Shown here: positions 1-9,169 of the stretch, one piece after another
Layout: each line of letters begins with the position of its first letter
How positions within the stretch are numbered: the stretch's first letter is position 1
The notes under the pieces: generated by a model
The model's database searches: none
What the model was told of the DNA's origin: nothing
What the model saw: the letters and a program-made list of their open reading frames with translations, nothing else
Position numbers and translations under genes: made by a program
Assembly (NCBI GenBank): GCA_002433065.1
Contig: DJHK01000015.1
Location: 3,784 to 67,783, forward strand
DNA length: 64,000 nucleotides
Direction: 5' to 3'
From: Chloroflexi bacterium UBA6622
GTDB taxonomy: Bacteria; Chloroflexota; UBA11872

Positions 1-809
1 CACCACTGCACACGCGGATCATGCGAATCATCTGGCCACCGCCCCCAGCCGACACCATAAGGGGTTTCAATAGCCACTGATTCGATCCACGCCGCTGTAC
101 CCGTCACCGCGTCAGCCAACGCATCCTCGTGAGTCACAGACCACAACTCAGCTAGCGCGTAGGCCACGCCAGAGGCCCCATGACCAAAACCTGAGCCAAA
201 AAATGTGCCACCTGGCGTAGCAGAGCCAGCCTGTCGATCCCATGCCCAACGCACTCCACTCGCATCTCGTGTCGCACATCGCAAAATGTCATCCCCAAGA
301 GCTCTCGCGGTCGCCAATATGCCCTCGTCGTTCGTAGCGTGATAGGCCCGAAGCAAGAACACAAGACTTCCGGATGATCCGGACAACATATGCGTGTCAG
401 GGTAGGCCACGCGGCCAAGCGCCCGAGCACGGGCCATCGCACAACGGAGCCAGCGATCCCGACCGGTCACTTCGAACAGGTGTAAAAACATTTGGCCATG
501 ACCGGCAAGCCCGGAGTACAGACTCGGATTAGCCGTTGCATCGGTCAAGTCGGGTGTGGACTCACGGTCGACCCACATAGCGGCCGCTTCGGCAACTTCA
601 CGAGCCTTCGTTTCCTGGGTTATGCGGAAAAGATCCGAAAAGAGAAAGATGACGCCGGTCATACCGCCAAACACAGCAGTCGAATACTGTGAGTCGCCCG
701 CATAATTCAGCGTTTCCCAGCGTGTGCCCCCGACAGTTGGCTCCGCCATCGCGGCCAGACTGTCGGCCACGCTCTGTGCAGCCGTTAAGAATCGGTTGTG
801 TGCATTCAT
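1..809 (-). CDS. LanC-like (lanthionine synthetase C family) protein, stand-alone; C-terminus cut by window edge
   Basis: Absent from the ORF track because no stop lies inside the window. Hand translation of the minus strand from ATG 809-807 is open to position 1, and an in-frame TGA sits just upstream at 821-819. Sequence: MNAHNRFLTAAQSVADSL..SLYSGLAGHGQMFLHLFEVTG..SGSSGSLVFLLRAY..GSGFGHGASGVAYALAELW..GWGRWPDDSHDPRVQWC. The repeated Gly-rich helix-hairpin motifs, the G-x-x-H-G-x-x-G motif and the W-C motif are LanC hallmarks. The C-H-G zinc motif would lie outside the window. Confidence 0.7.
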   Translation of the reverse strand, partial: MNAHNRFLTAAQSVADSLAAMAEPTVGGTRWETLNYAGDSQYSTAVFGGMTGVIFLFSDLFRITQETKAREVAEAAAMWVDRESTPDLTDATANPSLYSGLAGHGQMFLHLFEVTGRDRWLRCAMARARALGRVAYPDTHMLSGSSGSLVFLLRAYHATNDEGILATARALGDDILRCATRDASGVRWAWDRQAGSATPGGTFFGSGFGHGASGVAYALAELWSVTHEDALADAVTGTAAWIESVAIETPYGVGWGRWPDDSHDPRVQW

Positions 810-872
810 CACGATCAATCAGGAACCTAGTCTGCCTACAGTACTCCATGCACTGTTCCAAAAACCCGCGAC

Positions 873-896
873 AGCGTACGATTTGAAGCGTACGCT
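873..896. promoter_or_regulatory. Two tandem palindromic boxes (candidate operator) in the LanC-like / aminotransferase divergent region
   Basis: Read directly: 873-882 agcgtacgat and 887-896 agcgtacgct. The second is a perfect 10-bp palindrome and the first matches it 9/10. Start-to-start spacing is 14 bp, and the boxes end 34 bp upstream of ATG 930. Function is inferred only. Confidence 0.3.
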
Positions 897-929
897 CATA
901 CGAGTCCACCCAAGCCCTTCGAGCCCGAT

Positions 930-2312
930 ATGCCGGAAGCGACTGACCCAAGCCAAGAATTTCCGCAGCGCCACGCAGGACTTGCCAATCTGCTGGTTGA
1001 ATTCAACCAGATGAAATCCTTTATGGATGATCCGTTGATCATTGTTGAAGGTGATGGTGTACGCGTTCGTGATCACACCGGACAGTGGTACATCGACGGG
1101 TTATCAGCCGTTGCCGCCGTGCAGCTTGGTCACCGAAATCAGGCAATCATCGCGGCGATGACAGAACAACTCAATAAGATAGCCCTCGCGCTTCCTCTCT
1201 ATGCAGCCTCAGAGCCGGCCATTGATCTGGCCAGACGGCTCGTCGAAATCACACCCGGACCGCTCACACACGTCAAATATGCAAGTGGTGGTTCCGAAGC
1301 CAATGAAGCCGCCTTCAAAGTAGCTCGTCAATATCACTCACAGACGGGACACCCCGGAAAGTACAAGATTATCTCCCGGTACCGTAGCTACCACGGGGCC
1401 ACGATGGGGGCACTGGCCGCCAGCGGAGGTGCTGCTCGAAAGCTCCCGTACGAGCCATTTCCCACAGGATTCCTCAAGGTCCATCCACCAGACTGCTACC
1501 GATGTCCATTCGGACTCAGTTATCCCGAATGTGATGTCCGATGTGCCGAAATCGTGGACGACGTCATTCAGGCCGAAGGTCCAGAGTCCGTCGCAGCCTT
1601 TATTGCCGAACCCGTGAGCATGTCGACAGACGGATTCATCGCCCCGCCACCAGAGTATTTCAAAATCTTGCGGGATATCTGTGACCGCCACAATGTTTTA
1701 CTGATCTTCGACGAAATCATCACTGGGTTTGGTCGACTCGGCGAGCTTTTTGGCGCTGACGTCTACAACACGGCGCCTGACATGATGACCCTCGGCAAGG
1801 GGCTCAGTGGCGGATACGCCCCGTTGGCCGCACTCATGATGACCACGCCGATTGCCGAAGCGTTTTGGGGAGATCCAACCGATGCCGTCCACTTTAATGG
1901 CGGCCATACCTATGCAGGGAATCCCGTCGCCTGCGCCGCTGGCCTGGAAGCAATATCGCAAATAGTTGAGGGCAGAGCCCTCGCGAACGGACAGACTCAA
2001 GGAACCCGACTTCGAACTGGATTGGAGGAGTTGGCTGACCGATATGATCAGATCGGACGGGTGGATGGACACGGTCTCCTGCAGGGAATCGAATTCGTAC
2101 GAGACAAATCAGCCCGCACCCAATTTCCGCCGGCCCGCCTCTTGTGCCGAAAGGTTGGACAGACCGCCAAAGCGAACGGGTTGATCGGACGCATGGGCGA
2201 CCATGAGTTTGTTCTGGCACCTCCCCTTACATCGACTTCAGATGAAATCGATGAAATGGTTGCGATCCTGGACACGTCCATCGCGGAATCACTTGAGACG
2301 TTTGACGGCTAA
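930..2312 (+). CDS. Class-III PLP-dependent aminotransferase (omega-amino acid / aspartate aminotransferase family)
   Basis: 460-aa ORF with SGGSEANEAAFKVAR, DEIITGFGRLG and TLGKGLSGGYAPL (Schiff-base Lys context), typical of class-III aminotransferases. An alternative start is ATG 1011 (MKSFMDDPLIIVEGDG). Confidence 0.85.
   Translation: MPEATDPSQEFPQRHAGLANLLVEFNQMKSFMDDPLIIVEGDGVRVRDHTGQWYIDGLSAVAAVQLGHRNQAIIAAMTEQLNKIALALPLYAASEPAIDLARRLVEITPGPLTHVKYASGGSEANEAAFKVARQYHSQTGHPGKYKIISRYRSYHGATMGALAASGGAARKLPYEPFPTGFLKVHPPDCYRCPFGLSYPECDVRCAEIVDDVIQAEGPESVAAFIAEPVSMSTDGFIAPPPEYFKILRDICDRHNVLLIFDEIITGFGRLGELFGADVYNTAPDMMTLGKGLSGGYAPLAALMMTTPIAEAFWGDPTDAVHFNGGHTYAGNPVACAAGLEAISQIVEGRALANGQTQGTRLRTGLEELADRYDQIGRVDGHGLLQGIEFVRDKSARTQFPPARLLCRKVGQTAKANGLIGRMGDHEFVLAPPLTSTSDEIDEMVAILDTSIAESLETFDG
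993..1010. promoter_or_regulatory. Perfect 18-bp palindrome ctggttgaattcaaccag abutting ATG 1011
   Basis: Read directly. The sequence is its own reverse complement and ends one base before the alternative aminotransferase start ATG 1011. It could be an operator or an RNA hairpin (7-bp stem, AAUU loop). It lies inside the ORF if the start is 930. Confidence 0.25.
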
Positions 2313-2314
2313 GG

Positions 2315-3055
2315 ATGGATCGCCCCGCATTTGATGATCGGGTCGCCGGCTATGCGATATCCCAGACTCATCGCGACGGCCCCACCCTTCAGCCGACTGT
2401 CGAGTTCACAACTGCCCACGAAAACAACCGAGTACTCGACGTCAGCACAGGCACCGGATTCACTGCACACGCGCTGCTCCGCACCGGGGCCCAAGTCGTA
2501 GCTACCGATATCTCACATGGCATGCTTCGCCACACCCTGACTTCACCCTCATCTGGCCTCACTGGAGCACTGAGCGACACCCATCGCCTAGCCTTCGCCA
2601 ATAACGTATTTGACGCAGTGTCCTGCCGGCACGCATTTCATCACTACATCGACGGTCCTGCGGCAATGCATGAAATGGCCAGGGTTGTCCGACCAGGCGG
2701 CCGGGTCGTCATAGCCGACACAATCGCGCCAGAGGACGATACCGCGGCACGAGCGATGCATGAAATCGAGAAGATCCGCGACCCCTCACACGTCGTAAAT
2801 CGACCAGTGGCAGATCTGCTAGAGCTGTTCGAATCTGCAGGATTGGATCCTGTACAAACCAAGCTCGCAGAAACCGAGCTTCTCTTTGATCCGTGGTGTG
2901 ACCGAACTGATGTCGATAAAAAAACACGAGATGGCCTATGGGAAAAATTCACCCGGGACAAAGCCACAAAGCTCATGTTTAGCGTCCACGAGTCCGACCA
3001 ACACCGAACGTTTTCCTGGCCGAACGCAATAATTGCTGGAGTCCGAGCCTTATAG
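2315..3055 (+). CDS. Class I SAM-dependent methyltransferase (Methyltransf_11-like)
   Basis: Motif I VLDVSTGTGFTA, acidic loop VVATDIS, and post-II VRPGGRVVIAD. It starts 3 nt after the aminotransferase stop. Confidence 0.8.
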   Translation: MDRPAFDDRVAGYAISQTHRDGPTLQPTVEFTTAHENNRVLDVSTGTGFTAHALLRTGAQVVATDISHGMLRHTLTSPSSGLTGALSDTHRLAFANNVFDAVSCRHAFHHYIDGPAAMHEMARVVRPGGRVVIADTIAPEDDTAARAMHEIEKIRDPSHVVNRPVADLLELFESAGLDPVQTKLAETELLFDPWCDRTDVDKKTRDGLWEKFTRDKATKLMFSVHESDQHRTFSWPNAIIAGVRAL

Positions 3056-3101
3056 CATCAGCTAGGATCAGAACCAAGGACTCGAACAACGGGATTGCAC
3101 C

Positions 3102-4415
3102 ATGACACAGGCTCCGCTCAGGGTTGGAATGGTCGGATGCGGCGGAATTTCCAGCATGTACACCGACATCTATGCCGGGCTCCACCAACTCGCTCACGTC
3201 GTCGCGGTTGCCGACCTATCCCCGGAGCTTGCCACCAATCGAGCCAAAGCACTGATCAACGCCTATGCAGCTGAGGCCGCAATTGAACGCGCACGAACTG
3301 CAAGCGCGTGCAATCGCGAAGAACGTGTCGCGGCGCAAACCCGTGCTGAATCAGCAGAAATCGCCAGTACCGTCACCATTAAAGAATTTAGCCACCACCG
3401 GGATCTACTTGCCCATATGGATGTTGATGCCATCGTGGTACTCACAGCGCCATCGGTCCGCAAAGAACCAACCATTGATGGGGCGGCCGCGGGCTGCCAC
3501 GTGTTTATCCAAGGACCAATGGCACAGAGTGTTGCTGAAGCCGACGAGATGATCGACGCCGTAACAGCATCAGGCATCAACTTCCACTCGCAGGTTGGTT
3601 CACGTTATAGCAGGGGTATGCTGCATGCCCAGCGGGCCGTATCAAGCGGCCTGATGGGTCAAATAGCGCTGGCCCGTGTAGACCTTAACCTTTTTCGACC
3701 ACAACAATATTTCCGACCAGGACACTGGCACGGAACCTGGGAAGGTGAAGGTGGCACAGCCATATTTCATCACGGTCGATACATCATCGATCCCTTCCTG
3801 TTTGTTGTCGGATCACCGATCGTGCAGGTCGCTTCCTACGCTGGCGCCATGCTGCGTGATATTGAAACCGACGATCTCACGCTGTCGCTTGTTGAATTCG
3901 CCAATGGATCCCGTGGGGTTATTCAAGCATCATTACTCCACCATGAGAATCCCATGGCGCCCACGTACCGCATAGAACTCATTGGAAGCGAAGCCTCCCT
4001 GGTGCTGCATCAGGAATACGTAAAACCTGGGACCGGGCGCAGCCAGTCATCCGACCCAGGCTCGAGTTCCAGCGCACTCAGTTCACGCAACCGTGGGTGG
4101 GAAGCTCGAGTTGGGTTTGGCTCCGACCACGATCCGTCCTTAGTCGACCGCCTGGAAGCCCTCGCAGGGGCTATTCCTGACGCCCCAATCAACGCCAGCG
4201 AGATCCATCAGAGCCGCCTTTGGCTGCAATCAATCATCACCGGGAAGCCAATGCCTGTACCCATCGAGGTGCCAAGAAACCATGTGGAACTAGTGCGAGC
4301 CTCCTATAAATCACAGGAAGCCGGAGGGGTTCCGGTAGCACTTCCTCTAGCCAGTGATGATCCGTTTTACACATTTCAAGGTCGGCTTACACACGGCAAG
4401 AGGATTCCAACCTAA
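3102..4415 (+). CDS. Gfo/Idh/MocA family NAD(P)-dependent oxidoreductase
   Basis: N-terminal Rossmann motif LRVGMVGCGGIS, followed by the typical C-terminal alpha/beta domain. It contains an Ala/Glu-rich insert and a Ser-rich low-complexity stretch (SQSSDPGSSSSALSS). Confidence 0.75.
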   Translation: MTQAPLRVGMVGCGGISSMYTDIYAGLHQLAHVVAVADLSPELATNRAKALINAYAAEAAIERARTASACNREERVAAQTRAESAEIASTVTIKEFSHHRDLLAHMDVDAIVVLTAPSVRKEPTIDGAAAGCHVFIQGPMAQSVAEADEMIDAVTASGINFHSQVGSRYSRGMLHAQRAVSSGLMGQIALARVDLNLFRPQQYFRPGHWHGTWEGEGGTAIFHHGRYIIDPFLFVVGSPIVQVASYAGAMLRDIETDDLTLSLVEFANGSRGVIQASLLHHENPMAPTYRIELIGSEASLVLHQEYVKPGTGRSQSSDPGSSSSALSSRNRGWEARVGFGSDHDPSLVDRLEALAGAIPDAPINASEIHQSRLWLQSIITGKPMPVPIEVPRNHVELVRASYKSQEAGGVPVALPLASDDPFYTFQGRLTHGKRIPT

Positions 4416-4424
4416 GTGCAGAAG

Positions 4425-5840
4425 CTAGTAGGCGCCCTTGCCACGAACCACCACCCACAGCGTCCGAACCAGAATTGTGAGATCAAGCATCGGGGAATAG
4501 TTTTGGATGTAATACAGGTCATACTCGACGTTTTGATGCATGGGTAATTCGCTGCGTCCATTAACTTGCCACCACCCGGTCATACCAGGGAGCACGGCAA
4601 GACGCTGGCGCTGCCATGATTCGTAGCGATCAACCACCCACGGTAACTCTGGCCGGGGTCCGACAAGACTCATCTCACCCTTAAGCACATTCCAAAGCTG
4701 CGGTAACTCATCCAAACTTGTCCTTCGAAGAAACCGGCCCACACGCGTAACGCGAGGATCACCCTGCGGTTTGTAGACCTCGCTGGGCTCAGCACCCTGC
4801 TGCAAGGCAGCTTCCTGCCGACTTTCTGCGTTCGACACCATAGTTCGTAGTTTATACATGGTGAACATTCGGCCGTTCTCTCCGACTCGACGCTGCGAAA
4901 AAATAATCGGACGACCGCTCTCGAGACCCACCGCAATTGCAAGCGCTAGCAAGACGGGAATCATCAGGATGAGAGCCACACTCCCGATGAGGAAATCAAA
5001 AACACGCTTAATAAAACGATCAAATCCGATAATTACCGGGGCACGGACGCTGATGAGCGGCATCCCCCACACATCCTCAGCACTCGCCCGTCCTGACATG
5101 AGATGAAAAACGTCTGGTACTAGACGAACACGAACTGGCATAGCATCCAGCTCAAACACTATTTCCTGCATTCTCTCGTACGCATGCATCGGAAGTGCAA
5201 TCAGCACCTCGTCAATTGCATGATGTTCAATCAAACTAACGAGATCCCCTGATGCACCGATTACAGGGAAACCTTCCACCATATCTTCTCGTTTGGCCGG
5301 ATCATCATCAGCAAAACCAATCACCTCAAAACCGGACCACGGACGATCGCGAATCATCTGGGCGACATGTTTACCAACCGGACCCGCACCAACAATCAAG
5401 ACACGACTAGAACCTCGACTGGATATCCGGGCACTTCGAAATACTCGATTAAGTAACCATCGGAAATTAATGATCAGCAGAACATCTATGACGACGAAAT
5501 AAAGAAAAAGTAGGCGTGATAAAAATTCGACCTTGACGACAAAAAATGCGGCAAAAAGAGCCACCATGGCAACGAGTACCGCCGGCACGAGCACTCGAAT
5601 CTCGTCAGCAATACGTAGAAGGCGCTGATGGTCATACAAATGAGCAAAACGAAGAAAAAAGGCCCAGATAATGGCCACAATCACGTATTCGCGGACCGTC
5701 AACCACGGCAACGTTTCTGCGTCACCAGCCCCAAACGGAAGTAAATGCCTGGCTAGATCCGCCAGGAAAAGCGCCAGCATCGTCAGGCCAACATCTGCGA
5801 TAGCTAGAAACTGCCCAAAAATCCGAGTCCGGTTCCTCAT
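4425..5840 (-). CDS. Polyprenyl-phosphate glycosylphosphotransferase (WbaP/EpsB-type priming sugar transferase)
   Basis: N-terminal TM helices, a Rossmann-like [14 protein letters not shown] segment, and a C-terminal Bac_transf domain with [40 protein letters not shown] and WWQVNGRS. Confidence 0.88.
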   Translation of the reverse strand: MRNRTRIFGQFLAIADVGLTMLALFLADLARHLLPFGAGDAETLPWLTVREYVIVAIIWAFFLRFAHLYDHQRLLRIADEIRVLVPAVLVAMVALFAAFFVVKVEFLSRLLFLYFVVIDVLLIINFRWLLNRVFRSARISSRGSSRVLIVGAGPVGKHVAQMIRDRPWSGFEVIGFADDDPAKREDMVEGFPVIGASGDLVSLIEHHAIDEVLIALPMHAYERMQEIVFELDAMPVRVRLVPDVFHLMSGRASAEDVWGMPLISVRAPVIIGFDRFIKRVFDFLIGSVALILMIPVLLALAIAVGLESGRPIIFSQRRVGENGRMFTMYKLRTMVSNAESRQEAALQQGAEPSEVYKPQGDPRVTRVGRFLRRTSLDELPQLWNVLKGEMSLVGPRPELPWVVDRYESWQRQRLAVLPGMTGWWQVNGRSELPMHQNVEYDLYYIQNYSPMLDLTILVRTLWVVVRGKGAY

Positions 5841-5843
5841 GGG

Positions 5844-6992
5844 CTACCCTAGAACCAGTTCTCGGTAGACCTGTTCAGTCGCACGAGCCATAGCATCGCG
5901 ATTGTGATGCACAACGATTGCCTTACGAGCATTCCGAGAAAGAGTGCGAGCCTCGCCAAGGTCTGTCAACAATCGGGCCACAGCCGAAGCCGCTGCACTC
6001 ACATCACCCTGGTCAACCAGAATCCCGGTGACCCCATCCTCAATCAGATCCTCCGTACCAACGGCACGAGCGGCCACCACAGGCACGCCCGCTGTCATGG
6101 CTTCCATCACGGAATATGGTGCGCCTTCCCAACGGGCCAAATGCACATATACGTCAGCCGCGGTCAAAAGTTCCCGCGCGTCACTTAAGTAGCCTGGACG
6201 AATCGTAGCCGCCTCAACACCAAGCGTCCGTAGGCGGGCCTCGACAGCATCTTTAAGCTCGCCCTCATTCATCCAGACAAAGCGCGTTTCCGGGTGTAAT
6301 CGATGAACAAGAGCAAAGGTCTCGGCTACGTCAAACGGTGCTTTTTGCGCAGTAAATCGTGCCGTAGTTACAACAACACCTGCATCCTCGGGCAAACCGA
6401 GACGATCCCGGGCTTCCGCACGAGACACCGGATCAAACGAATCAAAGGTGTTGGGGATGTATCGAAGCTTCCTGAGAGATATGACGCCAGCAGCGACAGT
6501 TCGCTCGCCTTTCGACAACACAATAACCCGAGACGTGATCCATCCGAGAACGCGCTCCTGCCAACGGAGTACCGAACGAACTACCAATCTGGAAAAATTT
6601 AAGAAGTAAAAACCGTGCGGCGTATGAACCGTCCGGGTACCAGAGCAGGCAAACGCAGCAAGCCGTCCAACAAGACCAGCCTTCGTACTATGGGTATGTA
6701 CAACCTGATGACGTCTGCGCCTGATCAGGCGAGCGAGAGCCAGCGTGGTGCGAAGGTCGGCTATCGGACGTATAGATCGCACCATAGGTATTTCATGAAC
6801 AACGACCCCCAAAGCGGTCATGTCTGAAAAAAACGACGTGTCCCCATGAGGATCGGATCGAACTCGAGGACTTGCGATCTCAATCTGAATCGCGTCCTTA
6901 TCGATCGACTCCACAAGATCCAGTAGATGCCGTTTCGTGCCTCCGATAGTAGCTTCCATGACGTGCAGAACACGGATGGGCCGAGACGACAT
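5844..6992 (-). CDS. Glycosyltransferase family 4 (GT-B)
   Basis: IRVLHVMEATIGGTKRH N-terminus and the C-terminal E-x7-E region WEGAPYSVMEAMTAGVPVVAARAVGTEDLIEDGVTGILV. Start ATG 6992 is preferred because it avoids a 22-nt overlap. The ORF-track start is 7022. Confidence 0.8.
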   Translation of the reverse strand: MSSRPIRVLHVMEATIGGTKRHLLDLVESIDKDAIQIEIASPRVRSDPHGDTSFFSDMTALGVVVHEIPMVRSIRPIADLRTTLALARLIRRRRHQVVHTHSTKAGLVGRLAAFACSGTRTVHTPHGFYFLNFSRLVVRSVLRWQERVLGWITSRVIVLSKGERTVAAGVISLRKLRYIPNTFDSFDPVSRAEARDRLGLPEDAGVVVTTARFTAQKAPFDVAETFALVHRLHPETRFVWMNEGELKDAVEARLRTLGVEAATIRPGYLSDARELLTAADVYVHLARWEGAPYSVMEAMTAGVPVVAARAVGTEDLIEDGVTGILVDQGDVSAAASAVARLLTDLGEARTLSRNARKAIVVHHNRDAMARATEQVYRELVLG

Positions 6993-7000
6993 CAGAGCGC

Positions 7001-7963
7001 TTAGCGCAGCACCGTCTGACACATCCAGTCGTACTCAGCCTTGACACCTTCATGAATCGTCGTTGTCGGATCAAACCCGAGGACAGTCCGGGCTTTGGAC
7101 GTATCAGCCTGACTATGCAATTGGTCAGCAGGATGTCGATCCGCATAAACACGGTCAGCAGATTTACCAACGACACCTTCCATCTCAGCAACAAGCTCAT
7201 TTACAGAGGCAGTTGGCCCACTACCAATATTAAAGATTTCCCCAATGGGTAATGCGTCCAACACATGCACCTGAGCATCGACCGCATCATGCACATACGT
7301 TAATTCCCGGGTCTGTTCACCATCCCCATAAATCGTGAGTGGTTGCCCCGTCGCGATCGCCTTAAGGCCAATATGCACCAACATGTCAGGCCGTTGGCGG
7401 GGTCCAAACAGGGTGTAGTACCGAAGAATAACCGTGGGAAGATTAAACAGGCGGTGATAGGCAGTAAGCACCTGCTCATCCAATGACTTACTCATGGCAT
7501 AAAAGGATCGGGGTTCAAGTGAGTGCGTCTCCGGCGTAGGAAGCCGAGGATTAAACCCGTAAATTGACGACGTAGAAGCAAAGCTAAATAGCTTCACCTG
7601 GGCTTGTAAGGCCGCGTCAGCCAAACGTTGGGTCGAACGGCTATTGTCACGCATATAGTGCTCAAAGTTCGTCGGCGTCCACCCCTCGCGAACACCAGCA
7701 CGTGCCGCTAAGTGAAAAATGTAATCAGCACCGTTCAGTATGGAGTCGAGATCCAATTCCATGAGGTGGCCTTCAACCATCGTGAACCGATTTGACCCAG
7801 CGAGCTCATCCGCATTTCCACGTTTTTGGTTCACGTCATATGTGTCCGTAAACCCATCGATGCCAACGACGTGATGACCTCGCGCAAGCAGCGCTTCACA
7901 CAAATGAGAGGCGATGAAACCGGCAGCCCCGGTGACGACAGAAATAGGGGCAGTGGTCGACAT
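7001..7963 (-). CDS. NAD-dependent sugar-nucleotide epimerase/dehydratase (SDR, extended)
   Basis: VVTGAAGFIASHLCEALLARGHHVVGID Rossmann motif and the catalytic Y-x-x-x-K (YAMSK). Start ATG 7963 is preferred (MSTTAPISVVTGAAG). Confidence 0.85.
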   Translation of the reverse strand: MSTTAPISVVTGAAGFIASHLCEALLARGHHVVGIDGFTDTYDVNQKRGNADELAGSNRFTMVEGHLMELDLDSILNGADYIFHLAARAGVREGWTPTNFEHYMRDNSRSTQRLADAALQAQVKLFSFASTSSIYGFNPRLPTPETHSLEPRSFYAMSKSLDEQVLTAYHRLFNLPTVILRYYTLFGPRQRPDMLVHIGLKAIATGQPLTIYGDGEQTRELTYVHDAVDAQVHVLDALPIGEIFNIGSGPTASVNELVAEMEGVVGKSADRVYADRHPADQLHSQADTSKARTVLGFDPTTTIHEGVKAEYDWMCQTVLR

Positions 7964-8035
7964 ATCCCGTGAACCCTCGTGAAAACTTATAGAAAACACT
8001 TACTGACGAAAGTATATAGGCGACGCTCCGACTGG

Positions 8036-9169
8036 TCAGACAGATTGGTGGGGCAACAGTTCGTTATATATAGCTTCAGTAGCATCATGCATACCAACAA
8101 GGTCGAACGTGCTACGCGCATACTCGCCGGCTACTGCCCCCATGCGAGTTCGATGGACCGGGTCTGACAACAGCGCACCTATTTCCTTCCCCATCTGCAT
8201 ATCATCACCCGGCCCCACAAGTAGGCCGGTGGTATTTGCCACCACGATCTCGGGAACACCTCCAACGGACGTGGCCACCACCGGTCGACACGCCATGGCG
8301 GCTTCCATGAGCACCAGGCCCAGGCCTTCCCAGTCTGAGGACAACACCACAAGATCACTGGCCGCCATCAGCTCAGGAATGTCATCACGAACCCCTAACC
8401 AACGAACAGCATGATCAACACCAAGCTCGACCGCCGTACGCTGAAGGTGACTGCGGTAGCTTGCACCGCCGAGCTGCGTATCACCTGCACAAAGCAGCAC
8501 TGCCTGTGGAAAATCCTGTAGAACGTTCGCAAATGCTCGGAGCAGCACGTCATGGCGCTTCTGAGGATCCAAGCGCGCAGGACACAGGAGAATCGGAACG
8601 TCGAGAGCAATACCCAGCTGTCCTCGAGCTCTAACTTGTGAGGCACCATCAAATGGCGTCGGGTCGAGCCCGTAACGAATAATCCGTACGTCCTCCTTGG
8701 ACACACCGAGCCTATGGACCACCCAGTTAGCTACGGCCTCTGAGATCGCAATTGTTCTTCTGGTTGATAGAGTCGTCAGTCGATATAGGGTGCGGGAAGG
8801 CATTGACGCAAGTCGTGCTTCAATGTTGTGCTTGCTCGATACGACAGCCGAAACTCCAGCCACCCGCGAAGCTAACGCACCATATACGTCAGCCCGAAGC
8901 AAGTGTGTATGCACGATCGAATAGCCACCCTGACGTATCAACGTGATTAGTCGAGGAAGGTGAACAAGTCCGGTTTGACCAGCCATCGGCAGATAGAAAA
9001 CCCGATCAGCAACACGTGCAACCTCGGATCGCAGATCATGATCACGGAAGTAGACCACATCAATATCGACTGACCTGGAAAGGCCCGGAAGAAGCGCTAG
9101 CAAGTGGCGCTGCGCACCACCCACGGCCAGTGAGGTAATGATGTGAAGAACTCTAGGACGAATGTTCAC
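8036..9169 (-). CDS. Glycosyltransferase family 4
   Basis: RVLHIITSLAVGGAQRH N-terminus and SDWEGLGLVLMEAAMACRPVVATSVGGVPEIV. Confidence 0.8.
   Translation of the reverse strand: MNIRPRVLHIITSLAVGGAQRHLLALLPGLSRSVDIDVVYFRDHDLRSEVARVADRVFYLPMAGQTGLVHLPRLITLIRQGGYSIVHTHLLRADVYGALASRVAGVSAVVSSKHNIEARLASMPSRTLYRLTTLSTRRTIAISEAVANWVVHRLGVSKEDVRIIRYGLDPTPFDGASQVRARGQLGIALDVPILLCPARLDPQKRHDVLLRAFANVLQDFPQAVLLCAGDTQLGGASYRSHLQRTAVELGVDHAVRWLGVRDDIPELMAASDLVVLSSDWEGLGLVLMEAAMACRPVVATSVGGVPEIVVANTTGLLVGPGDDMQMGKEIGALLSDPVHRTRMGAVAGEYARSTFDLVGMHDATEAIYNELLPHQSV

Noticed and set aside
152-1076. ORF-track entries 152-442(-), 492-692(+), 598-951(-), 689-886(+), 724-1014(+), 819-1076(-)
   Set aside because: All overlap the long LanC-like frame (1-809, minus) or the divergent intergenic region in other frames. 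They carry no recognisable motifs, whereas the untracked frame has clear LanC signatures. I treat them as shadow ORFs.
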